Shown: positions 37,483 to 49,773 of the stretch, piece by piece | Position numbering within the stretch: the first letter of the stretch is position 1 | Layout: every line of letters begins with the position of its first letter | DNA from: Octopus vulgaris | Lineage: Eukaryota | Direction: 5' to 3' | Assembly (NCBI GenBank): GCA_951406725.2 | Contig: OX597818.1 | Location: 120,404,001-120,468,000 of the forward strand | Length of the DNA stretch: 64,000 nucleotides | The notes under the pieces: model-generated | Database searches by the model: none | Seen by the model: the letters and a program-made list of their open reading frames with translations, nothing else | Told to the model about the DNA's origin: nothing | Position numbers and translations under genes: made by a program

Positions 37483-38427
37483 CATACATACACACATACA
37501 TACATACATACATATGTATATATACATGCATACATTCAATTCTGAATATATGTATGTATGCACGCGTAAAATTTCTTTAAATATACTGTTATCTATGTAT
37601 GAGCATTCTTGTAACTCATTCCATTCTTTCTCATTATACATACTTTTATTTTTTTACTTACAGTCAAATTTCACAGGAAAACTAAATACATAGGATACTC
37701 AACAACATCATATATTCATATAATGATATACGTTTATATATTCATACACACTTGAACACATCTGCACAAGCATACACACTTAACTGCTTTCTCAAAAACA
37801 CTGTATGTACACACATACAGATACTCACACATATATCTACATACAAACATCTATATGTTTCCTTACATACAAAACTCAGAGAAAGAGCGTACATTTACTA
37901 AACCAATACTGCTATCACCAATATACCAATCAATTTTTTACACTTAGGTTTTCCAGTAATTCCATGAGTTTTACCTTTTTTTTTTACCATTTCCTTCAGA
38001 GTTCATTGATTTTGTTTTTGTTTTTTTCCTCTTTTCCCTTACAGGAACCATTTTTACTTTAATGGTTTTTAATGTTGTTTTTTAATGTTTTTTTTTTTTG
38101 TAAAGAGCTATTTCATACATGAAATCAGTGTTACTCATTTTCTATAGGAATCTGTGCAACATATATTGTGTGCAGCAATGTGTTACATGGTTCTGTATGA
38201 TACAGGTTTTTTTTTTGTGGATCTGTGTTACATGGACCTGTGTGTATATAGACTTGTGATATGGGCTTTGCCAGATGTATCTGAGTGGCACAAACTTTGC
38301 CATGTGAATTTGTGTGGCTTTCTTACATGGATTTGTGTGACATAGACTTTGCTATGTGGACCTGCATGACATGGATTTTGTTCTGTGGATTTGCACGACA
38401 CAGACTTTGCTAAATGGTTCAATGTGA

Positions 38428-39465
38428 CAGACTTTGTTAAGCTGAACTGTGTGACACACTTTGTTAAGCTGAACTGTGTGACACAGTCTCTGCTAAGCTG
38501 AACTGTGCGATACAGACTTTGCTAAGCTGAACTGTGCGACACAGACTTTGCTAAGCTGAACTGTGCGACACAGACTTTGCTAAGCTGAACTGTGCGACAC
38601 AGACTTTGCTAAGCTGAACTGTGCGACACAGACTTTGCTAAGCTGAACTGTGCGACACAGACTTTGCTAAGCTGAACTGTGCGACACAGACTTTGCTAAG
38701 CTGAACTGTGCGACACAGACTTTGCTAAGCTGAACTGTGCGACACAGACTTTGCTAAGCTGAACTGTGCGACACAGACTTTGCTAAGCTGAACTGTGCGA
38801 CACAGACTTTGCAAAGCTGAACTGTGCGACACAGACTTTGCAAAGCTGAACTGTGCGACACAGACTTTGCGAAGCTGAACTGTGCGACACAGACTTTGCG
38901 AAGCTGAACTGTGCGACACAGACTTTGCGAAGCTGAACTGTGCGACACAGACTTTGCGAAGCTGAACTGTGCGACACAGACTTTGCGAAGCTGAACTGTG
39001 CGGCACCGACTTTGCCAAGCTGACCTGTGCGGCACCGACTTTGCCAAGCTGACCTGTGCGGCACAGACTTTGCCAAGCTGACCTGTGCGGCACAGACTTT
39101 GCTAAGCTGAACTCTGCGACACAGACTTTGCTAAGCAGGAACTCTGCAACACAGACTTTGCTAAGCAGGAACTCTGCGACACAGACTTTGCTAAGCTGAA
39201 CTCTGCGACACAGACTTTGCTAAGCTGAACTCTGCGACACAGACTTTGCTAAGCTGAACTCTGCGACACAGGCTTTGCTAAGCTGAACTGTGCGACACAG
39301 GCTTTGCCAAGCTGACCTGTGCGACACAGACTTTGCCAAGCTGACCTGTGCGACACAGACTTTGCCAAGCTGAACTGTGCGACACAGACTTTGCCAAGCT
39401 GAACTGTGCGACACAGACTTTGCCAAGCTGAACTGTGTGACACAGACTTTGCCAAGCTGAACTGT
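38428..39465. repeat. 29-bp minisatellite, about 35 copies
   Basis: Unit CACAGACTTTGCTAAGCTGAACTGTGCGA repeated head-to-tail with no spacers. Degenerate units extend left to ~38150. Confidence 0.97.
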
Positions 39466-40789
39466 CTTTATTTGGCACCTTGTCAGGTGGGTCTGTGTGT
39501 TAGTAAATGTTAATTCTATTATATTTCAGTTGCTAAATTAACTAAAGCCTGCTACAATGTATAGAGTTAACTTCATAATTAAATGTTATTGCATTCACCT
39601 ACAGTATTAAATTTACTTAATAAATAACAGGCCATAACAGTGTCAGCTACAATCTGTGGTGCAGGTAAATGGCTATAAACATTTATAGTGTTACAATAAA
39701 ATATATAGGATTAACATAATGACCAGAAGTCATAATAATTTCATATCCAATCTTATGGAATAGCTTGATAATTTTGTTTTGCACATGTGTCGCACATAAA
39801 GGCCATCAGCCTCTTACATTTTATAGGGTAACAGAACCATAGAATGGGATCCTTTCATAACGAATATTTTATCATTCTACCTTTTATAACAATGCTTATA
39901 TAATGAGGATTGGTATTAGAGCTGCTTGTATTCATTGCCCCACTACTCATATATATTTATTACTTTTCTTCAATCCTTTTCTCTCTCACTCTCTGTCTGT
40001 CTCTCACATACATACTCCCACATCTATCATTTTGTGTTGACAAATGTCAATCACTCTCTCATTTTCATTACTTCACTTCCCCTTTCATTGTACTCTATCC
40101 TCCTGTCATTTCCTTTTCCCCTCATAATAATACCCATGCTGTTTTCTAGTCTATCTCCTTCCTCACCAGCAACCAACATATAACTATTTATTCTCACTTC
40201 CATTACTTATCCCCACCCTACTCACACTTCCTCACCTCCCACCCTCTTGGTCATCAATACACTGGGACAGACTGGTTGGCATTAGGAAGGTCATCTTGCT
40301 GTAGAAACCATGCAAAAAGCAGAACAGACAAGTGCAATGTGATCCACTGACTTGTCTAGGAAGCTGGACATCCAACCCATGGTAGAATGGAAAGAGAATG
40401 TAAAATACTGAGAATGACTAAAGGTCATTGTAGTGTCACGTACAGCCTAAAAGGTTAACAAATGACTAAAAGCTGTTAGTGTCAACTAAATTATATTGGG
40501 TTAATGTAATATTTAAAGGCCAATAATGTCACCTAATATTTATAGAGCAATCGTCATCACCAGTACCAATATTAGTTCTAACCTTTTGCCACCAACACTA
40601 TGAATGCCACCTTGCTATGACAATTACCTCAGTAATGTTACTACTACTACTACACACTCTTATCAAACCTTACTATTAACCATCCCACAATTTATTGTGA
40701 TACCATTTATGCCATACTACCAAAACCTATTGACTGCCCCTAACCATTATGACAACTATTTCCAAATCACTATCCTATTATTAGACAAC

Positions 40790-40945
40790 AGGATTATATC
40801 GACCCCAGTGCGTAACTGGTAGTTATTTAATCGACCCCGAAAGGATGAAAGGCAAAGTCGACCTCGGTGGAATTTGAACTCACAACAGATGAAATACGGC
40901 TACGCATTTTGCCCGGCGTGCTAACGTGTCTGCCAGCTCGCCGTC
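40790..40945 (-). mobile_element. SINE family A, partial
   Basis: Head and central block present, tail absent. Confidence 0.78.
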
Positions 40946-41457
40946 TTCCAATACCATTTCCACTATCAACATCCCCATCATCACATACATTACCTTTATC
41001 ACCAATATATCAATTCTTTACACCAATTTTCAGACATTTTTTTTTTGCTATCAATTCACTCAGTAGTCATTGATTTTTCTCCAGAAGTTTTTTTCTCTTA
41101 TAGTTTTGTGCAAAACATTTCATGTCATGTGTAATGCACTCCATATCACATGTGTAATCAGTGTAACACAGTTTATGTAGCTATCTGAGCAACATGTACC
41201 CAGGCAATGCATAATTGTATCAACTCTGCAGTTCTTTAATCAAAAAAGTTTATTTCTTAAAATATTGATTTGTGTATCAGATGTGATAAATGTACATTTT
41301 ACTGAGGTATTCATCCAAAGATAACATCTCTTGTGAACATGTTGTATTTTAAAGCAATGTAAAGGAGGGGATGAAAATTCATCCGAGCAGTAGCTAGCAA
41401 GAATGCCAGATGTACTTTGGTCCCATTGAGCCTTATAAATAGAGTGTACTTGCAGCC

Positions 41458-41761
41458 TGGAGGCACATGGCCTAGTGGTTAGAGCAGTGGACTGGCGGTC
41501 GAGGGATCACGGGTTTGAATCTCAGACTGGGCGATGTGTGTGTTTATGAGCGAAACACCTAAGCTCCACGTGGCTCCGGCAGAAGGTAATGGCGAACTTC
41601 TGCTGACTCTTTCGCCACAACTTTCTCTCACTCTTTCCTCCTGCATCTGGCAGCTCGCCTGCAATGGACTGGCGTCCCGTCCAGGTGGGGAACTTACATG
41701 CCAAGGAAACCGGGAAACTGGCCCTTATGAGGCAGGCGTGGCTCGAGAAGGAACAAACAAG
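41458..41761 (+). mobile_element. tRNA-derived SINE, family-F relative with a different middle segment
   Basis: A-box TGGCCTAGTGG, B-box-like GGTTTGAATC, tail (AAC)n, 12-bp TSD GTACTTGCAGCC (41446-57 and 41762-73). Confidence 0.85.
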
Positions 41762-42216
41762 GTACTTGCAGCCAGCTACATGCCTAGACTAGATCTGTCA
41801 CCTCTGGTATACGAAACAGTGAATTGAACATTAACTGATATTGTGAATTGCTGCCTGGTTGAATAATAACCCAAAGCACACAATTGAATTTAAAGGCTAC
41901 ATTTTAAAGCAGCTGAAATGGTTAATTGAATTGATCCCAGTAAACTACTGATACTCTCTTTTATTGCCTCTAGATGAAATACAGGCAAAAGTTAGTGGCC
42001 TTTGAACTCAGAATTTAGAGAAATATAAATTACTGCATTGCATGCCAGAAATGCTTCTGCTCTGATTTCTAGGTATGAATTTTTCCAGATCTGGTACTTC
42101 TTCCTAACATCCTCCATTCTATGGAAAACTTCTTTCATTCATTTCAAACAAGGAAACCAGATACAAGTGGATTAAAAAATTCATCCACACAGTACTGCAG
42201 TCCAACTTCTCTTTCT

Positions 42217-42450
42217 TTAACCCTTTCATTACTGTATTTCTTTTGGAATGCTCTGTATTTCTTTCAATTAGTTTTAAATATAACAAAGAATTTAGTAAAA
42301 TAACTTAGTTATCATTAATTAAGCTAGTGTTAGGAACATAAATTGTGACTAAGGTTCGGTGGAAGATTTTAATCCAAAACTTATGAAAACAAGATATTTG
42401 TACTACAGAGCCAGAGGCGGTTTCAGCCGGGTTGATATCAAAAGGGTTAA
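42217..42450. mobile_element. piggyBac-like MITE (family D)
   Basis: TTAACCCTTTC...AAAGGGTTAA with the family-D body. Confidence 0.85.
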
Positions 42451-43343
42451 ACAGATGTTTCGCTCTGTGAATCTTAGTAGTTCTTTTCCTGAACCTTTTT
42501 TGATACCAACCAGCTTGAGACTACTCTCTGGAGGTTGATGATGTAAACTTTGTGTTTTAAAGCCATCTAAAGTTCATGTTAGTTTATGCTGAAAGCAGGG
42601 TGCCAGCATGGCTGCAGTTCAATGACTGAAACAAGTAAAGGATAAAAGATAAACACCAGCTTAATAATAACAAACCTATTTGATTAAATTCTTTGTTATT
42701 TTTAAAAACAAATGAAACAAAGGCAGTGTATTTCTCTAGAAATGCGGTAACAAAAGTGTTAAACAATCATTGTCTTGTTTTCAGCATTTTTAAGAATGAA
42801 TTATTATTATTGTGACTATTAAGAAAACCTGTTTGTTTTCCATTGCTTATTTTCATTCTTCTCTTCTATGTGACGTTAGGAGTCATGTTAAAGTTTAAGA
42901 ATATAATCTTTGTTTGGAATATATGCAGCAGTTAATTACAAGAATATATTTATAAAAATACCACTGACCATAAAACTAGTTATCATCTTGATCATGCCAT
43001 TCTTCATACATATCTCTTCTTTTTGTTTCTCTTTTTCTATTTTCTCCTTTCTTAGTCAACAAATGTAAATATTTGGTTGTAAATTTGAACTGAACTTGTT
43101 CCTCTTTCTCTATGATACCAGAATACAATAAAAACTGCTCATCAAATATCACTAACCATCTAGTTTTAATGATCGTACTCAGTGAACCTAAATATTTGTC
43201 TAAATTACTGCACTGAATGGCCAAAACCTTGGATTAATGGTTATATTAAAGAGGTGGTTTGATTCTTTTTTTTATTTTGCTTGATCATTTCTTGGGTGTT
43301 TCTTTGTGTGTGTGTGTGTGTGTATATAAGTGTGGGCATGTCT

Positions 43344-43375
<32 letters not shown>

Positions 43376-44004
43376 CTTAGATCTCTGTCACTCTCTCCTT
43401 CATGTCTCTTCCTCAGTAACTCCTCTCTAACCTATTTATTAATCCAGTCATCTATATTCACTACAGGAAACATTTCAGAATAAACCGTTATTTTCCTTGT
43501 TAATGATTTTTAGCCTCTCACTTCAACTGCGCCACCTTCTCCTTCCATTTCTTGTTCTTTTCCTTTGTGGATAGCTTTTAAGCAAACACCAAGATGGCAG
43601 TGTACACACTCCTTCATCTCCACAGAGCTACAGCCTTCGCTAGAACCAACCAGTAAGAGTAAACAAAATCATTTAATATCAAACCATTGATACTGAATGA
43701 ATTAACAACAAAATAAAAGCCACTTGTTAGCATTATCCCTTCCATGGTAATTGGATAATTTTTTTTCTAACATGAATAAGACTTTTTTCTTTGTTGTATC
43801 AGATAAGTCATCAAAATAGAATGCGAGGGATCAAAATAGCAAGTACAAAAAGAAAATAAGAAAAAGTTTACAAGTTTACTCTCTCCAGATGCAGGTGTGG
43901 ACAGGCATAAAATATCTGATCTATCATACCTGCTAATTAGTGTCTTTACCCCTCGGCACTGAGACTCCTTGCTGTACCATTGACTTAGATAAAATGTATT
44001 ACAA

Positions 44005-44442
44005 TTAACCCTTTTGTTATGGTATTTCTCTTGAAATACCCTACCTTTGTTTCAGTTAATTTAGAAAATAAGGAAAGATTTAGTAAAATAACTTTGTCAT
44101 TATTAACCCTTTTGTTACCAACCTGGCTGAAACCTGTTCTAGCTCTTTAGTATAAATATCTTTTTGAATTCAAATCTTCCACCAAATCTTAGTCACAATT
44201 TATGTTTCTAACATTAGCTCAATGATAACCATGTTATTTTACTAAATTATTCGTTATATTTAAAATAATTGGAAGAAGCACAGAGCATCTCAAAATAAAT
44301 ACAGTAATGAAAGGGTTAAGCAGGTGTTTGGAATATAAATTAACAAGGAATTTTGGTGGACGGTTTTAGTTTAGATCCCTTTAAAACAGGAAGTTTGTAT
44401 CATAGAACCAGAGGTGGTCTCGGGTGGGTTGATATCAAAAGG
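44005..44442. mobile_element. Older TTAA MITE with a nested family-D MITE (44103-44319)
   Basis: The inner element has TTAA-flanked TIRs. The flanks form a diverged, inverted relative that starts TTAACCCTTTTG at 44005. Confidence 0.78.
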
Positions 44443-46696
44443 AATATTGTTAGAAACTTGTTATTTAGTCCCAAATCAGCCCTAATTCAACAGACGTATC
44501 ACACTTGGTAATTATTTATGCATCCTCATTATATTAGCTCAGTCTGTGTTGCCCTTATTTAACCCAAGGTTAGTTGTAATACTGTAGATCTATGATTAAA
44601 GGCATTCCAGCCATGTTTATCTTCATTTTTTTTTTAAGAAGGTACGGTGAAATCTGAAATAAATACTTGCAGTTTGAGTGAGTAGTGTAGAGGCTTTAAA
44701 ATATAATAAATATGCATGTGTGGGCATGTGTATATATTGTTCCACTGTGATTTAAATGCATTACAAATCTTTTCAATGAGGTCAAAATGGCATTATTACA
44801 TGGATAAATCATAATGAGGTGAACTGTGTAAGGGATATTTTTGACTGGATTAACTCTGAATTGCCACAGACCCAGTTTCAGATGTTCCAGCCAGATTGTT
44901 TTCATTTTCATTGGGTTCACTCTGTTCTTCCAGTCTGACTTGAAAATAAACCAGACACCCAGCACCAAATTCAAATCTATTCTTGGCAAAATGGTATTAC
45001 TATTACACTGCTATTTACTTATTTTGCAAAACGTTAAAATTTTCTTCGAGGAACGATGGGTGTTAGTGGTGAGGTGAATACACAAGAAACCAGTCACCAC
45101 ATGTTGGGGACATATTTTAAAATTCCACTTAGATATAATATTTCACCATTAAAACAGCAATAACTGCCAACTGGCCTATTTTTTTAATATTTTTACTTTC
45201 TTTCAGTATTATGGTTAAGATGTAGTCAATTATATAAATAACAAACTTACAACTGTCATGTTGTTTTTATTTACTTTTTCTAAAGAATATTGCTTCTAAT
45301 AAGTTACTAATTATACAATACTAATTATAGAATCACTTCCGTTTTCCTTTTCTATTTTTGAACCTGAGGAGGGACATCTTGGCTTCATTTAGTTTCTTAA
45401 GTCTCATAAATTTGGGGATCAGCATTTTTATGTGTAAATATTATACATGTTGATATATGTAAGCCACATGTTGGCATTGAGTGAGCTGACCTATAATCAA
45501 TAGTTTACAAAGTCTGTGATCAAGGACCATCTCATTTGGAACTTAAGCTTGAGCCTCATCTTGTTATTGTTTGTTTCCACCCTTGACTAAGTTGACACAT
45601 GATCAAAGGTTTTTCTGTTTGGGACCATCCTCCCATCCAACATTCTTTGGGAAAAGGATTGAGAATAGGGGTTAGTATGGGGATCCACTGTGAATGTTTT
45701 TACAGCTGCTTCAACAAATAAACCATCCTGCTTAAGCAAAATGTATTTACAAGGTTTTTTCCCAAATCAAATATATTTTCTTTCCTTTTTTTTTATTTTT
45801 TTATTTTGGTTTGTGTGTATGTTTGATATAATTAGCTCACAGAATTATCTCTGCTTGAAACGAGTTTATATGAAATTTATAATTAATAAAAGATTTGCTT
45901 CACAATCAGAGTGAAGTCTTAGAAACTGCAAATAGGAGCTATAGTTGTTTTCTTGAATTCATATATTTTTTGCTGTTTTCTTTCACTTTTCTGTTATCAT
46001 GCCTGCTATTGCATATATTACAACTACATGATGCATACTGCATTACAATCCCAGCTACGTTGTGCATATATTGTCACAGCACTGTGCACAGATATATTAC
46101 CATTGCACTGGCCACACAGTGCTGTAGAATTATATATGTTCTCCGTTTGGAATATCATGTGAACAATTCTTGTATCCCTCTTTTCTTCTCTCTATTCATT
46201 AATCTCTCACTTTCTCTCTCTCTTCAACTGAAAATACATTTGAGTAAATATGTCATATTTGTTTATCTCTAGAGGAAGGCATATTTATTTCTCTCGCATT
46301 TTCTTAGAGAAATTATAGTGAGGCATCTGTTAGGTTTCAGCAAGTGAAAGTGTTTCTGTTACTGCATTGCTAATCCTTCTTGGTTGCTTAGGGAGAACAC
46401 ACATTCTGTGTTTAGGACATTCAGCTGCGACTTGTGCTCCCCTCGACACTCAACCCACTTGCTTGCCACCCCTATATTGATATGTGACATGCTATTTCTT
46501 AAAAAAAATTATCTGGTCAATAATGAGGCCTTTTCTCTCAGTCTACTGGATATCCCTTCCTGACCTACTCTTTCCTTGGTATCTTGGAGACAGCCTCATT
46601 TCAGAGATACTGTGCCGGTAAAGTTCTGTCCAACCCATGCAAGCATGTAATAAAGACATTAAAATGGTTTTTTTAATGGGATTGCTATGGCATGCT

Positions 46697-46901
46697 CTTT
46701 TTACTCTTTTACTTGTTTCAGTCATTTTGACTGTGGCCTTGCTGGAGCACCGCCTTTAGTCGAGCAAATCGACCCCAGGACTTATTCTTTGTAAGCCTGG
46801 TACTTATTCTATTAGTGTCTTTTGCCAAACCGCTAAGTTATGGGGACATAAACACACCAGCACTGTCAAGTGATGTTGGGGGGACAAACGCAGACACTCA
46901 A

Positions 46902-46932
<31 letters not shown>

Positions 46933-47076
46933 TATACGATGGACTTCTTTCAGTTCCTCTCTACCAAATCCACTCACAAGGCTTTGGTCGGCCCAAGGTG
47001 CCACGCAGTGGGACTGAACCCGGAACCATGTGGTTGGTAAGCAAGCTACTTACCTCACAGCCACTCTTACGCCTAT
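46697..47076 (-). mobile_element. SINE family B
   Basis: Near full length with a short internal deletion. Confidence 0.85.
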
Positions 47077-47453
47077 TATGCATATACATAATTCTATTTC
47101 ATTGAACAGATGAAATGTCATCAACATATCCACGGTATACATCTTATCTTATCTTATTTGCAATCACCTGGTGATCTTCTTTTTACCATATCTTTCTGAC
47201 AATCTGTCTTCCATTTATTGTTGCAAGCAGTAGCAACAGAAATGACAATAGTAGCAATGACAATAACAGCAACAATAACTGCAACTACAGAGCTGTTTAG
47301 ATTGTGAAATATGTCAAGGCTGTATGAATTAATGGCTTGAACAGAATAAGTTGCAAGAGAGTTCAGATGTTGTCTAAATATGTTTCAGCTCTGACTAGAC
47401 TTACTAAAGTTATTAGCACACACCAACTATTCACTGTAATGTTCCCTTGACTA

Positions 47454-47712
47454 CATCATCATCATCATCGTTTAACGTCCGTCTTCCATGCTAGCATGGG
47501 TTGGACGGTTTGCCCGGGGTCTGAGAAGCCAGGAGGCTGCTCCAGTCTGATCTGGCAGTGTTTCTACAGCTGGATGCCCTTCCTAACACCAACCACTCCG
47601 TGAGTGTAGTGGGTGCTTTTTACATGCCAGGGGAGGCTGGCAACAGCCACAAACGGTTGGTGCTTTTTACGTGCCACTGGCACAGCAGTGCTGGCATAGG
47701 CCACGTACAGAT
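47454..47712 (-). mobile_element. Family-C retroposon
   Basis: Tail and two modules. More copies at ~20850-21000, 27945-28130, 40270-40410, 57340-57525, 60260-60523 and 62090-62328. Confidence 0.8.
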
Positions 47713-47722
47713 AGTATTTTTA

Positions 47723-48116
47723 CTAGCAGTATCGCCCGGTGTTGCTCGGGTTTGTTTCGACCGTTTAGAATTGGAATTTTTGAAAAGTAAAAAATTTGCA
47801 TTATGTAGCTTGTTATTCTCTTTAAGTGAACATTTTTCTAGTTGAAATACACTGAAAAATGGCGACACAGCAGTAAAAAAAAATCGTAAAAGATAGGGAT
47901 TTTCATAGAATAAATGCACCTTTTTGATGTAAATAATTTTTGGTCTTAACATGGTCTGATTTGAATATTTTCTTCTACGGAATGAAAAACAAGTCTTCTT
48001 CTATCATACTCTCAATTTTGGTCCACTTGCGCCGCAGGGTCTCGGAGGAGATAGTGTTAGTTGAAGGCTACCAAACCTACCACACACAGAAAACTTCAAC
48101 TTTATTTATATATAGA
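47723..48116 (-). mobile_element. Non-autonomous Helitron
   Basis: Minus strand: A|TCTATATATAAATAAAG...CCCGAGCAACACCGGG-cgatactg-CTAG|T, inserted between A and T. Confidence 0.85.
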
Positions 48117-48586
48117 TTGATCTTTATCAATCAGTTGATGCCATGGCTGTAAGGTTCAGGGGAGAGACTGTTGACCATGTGTTCAAGAGTTCTGACATTC
48201 ATTACTTCCATTGCTCTTACATTAAGTATATATTATTTGCCTCAATGTGCACTTAGGTAACTACATGGTCTCTACCCTACTTTATTGCAAGTTGTTTAGT
48301 TACAGGAAGATCACTCCCTATAAAAATAATTACTAGCTGAAGAAAATTGGTGTAAAACGTGAAATAAAAAAAAAAAATATCTGATTCTGTTTACTGGAAC
48401 AATTTTCTTTGCTGTTATTCTCTTTTACTATTTTTTCTCTTGTTTTTATACTTTTAGTTGTTTTCTTTGCTGTTCCTGCCTTAATTTTTACAGACATGGC
48501 TGTGTGGTTAAGAAATTTACTTCTTGATCACGTAATTTCAGTTTCAATCCAATCCTGTGACACCTTGGCCTAGTGTCTTCTATTAT

Positions 48587-48811
48587 ATATTTCTTTATTG
48601 CCCACAAGGGACTAAACATAGAGGGGACAAACAAGGACAGACAAAGGGATTAAGTCGATTACATCGACCCCAGTGTGAAACTGGTACTTTATTTATCGAC
48701 CCCGAAAGGATGAAAGGCAAAGTCGACCTCGGTGGAATTTGAACTCAGAATGTAACGACAAATGAAATACTGCTAAGCATTTCGCCTGGCACGCTAACGT
48801 TTCTGCCAGCT
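48587..48811 (-). mobile_element. SINE family A nested in an older B-head SINE (48494-49130)
   Basis: Full body. The flanks rejoin into the host SINE. Confidence 0.82.
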
Positions 48812-49407
48812 CAGCCTTGTGAGTGGATTTAGTTGAAAGAAACTGAAAGAAGTCTGTCACACATGCATGCATATGTGTATGTGTGTCCTCTTGTTTTGAC
48901 ATTATGTGATAGTTGTAAATAAGTTCCATTATCATAGGAGCAATGTCATTCATTTCTAATGTTCTGTGTAAACATGTTTGGCCATGGAAGAATATTACTT
49001 TGCTTGGAAACAGGCGAGAGCTGGCAGCAGGAAGGGTATTTGACTGGAGAAAATGTGTTCCAGTAAATTCCATATCTATGCAGGCATGGAAATGTGGGTG
49101 TCAAAACAATGATGGTAACGATGATGAGGATTTTCCCATGCTAGAATAAATTGCGTAATTTTGCTGAATGTTAATTCACCTCTTTAAATTAATTGGTTCT
49201 AAGATAATTCTCATTATCCATTACTGATTCCTTAGCTTAACTGCTAGAATATTTAAAGAACCTAATTAAGTTATAATACAGCAATATAAACTTAGTGTTG
49301 GGGGTTTGTTATCTGGGATCTAGAGTTGCTACATCAAGAGAATATATAGGCAAACAATGACCTTGTCATTAAGAATGTCGAAAGATCCTGTAGTAGGTTC
49401 TTCAGAT

Positions 49408-49773
49408 TTACTCTTTTACATGTTTCAGTCATGTGACTGTGGCCATGCTGGAGTACCACCTTTAGTCGAGCAAATCGACCCCAGGACTTATTCTTTGTAA
49501 GCCTAGTACTTATTCTATCAGTCTCTTTTGCTGAACAACTAAGTTATGGGGACGTAAACACACCAGCATTTGTTGTCAAGGGGGACAAACACAGACACAC
49601 AAACATATACACACACATGCATATATACATATATACAACAGGCTTCTTTCAGTTTCCATCTACCAAATCCCCTATAGTAGAAGACACTTGCCCAAGGTAC
49701 CATGCCGTGGGAATGAACCCGGAACCATGTAGTTGGTAAGCTAGCTACTTACCACACAGCCACTCCTATGCCT
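49408..49773 (-). mobile_element. SINE family B
   Basis: Near full length. Further partial or degenerate copies at ~1-40, 6245-6615, 7960-8170, 9022-9300, 15175-15510, 23265-23412, 23527-23767 and 33345-33520. Confidence 0.85.

Noticed and set aside
38428-39465. CRISPR-like array, or repetitive ORFs (38725-39478)
   Set aside because: The units are contiguous with no unique spacers and no cas genes, and the context is eukaryotic. The ORFs are frame-rotating translations of a 29-bp unit.
43594-43652. ATG-initiated short ORF followed by GTAAGA as a candidate Tweety first exon
   Set aside because: The donor would be phase 2 whereas the exon at 59750 needs phase 0, and the peptide does not resemble Tweety.
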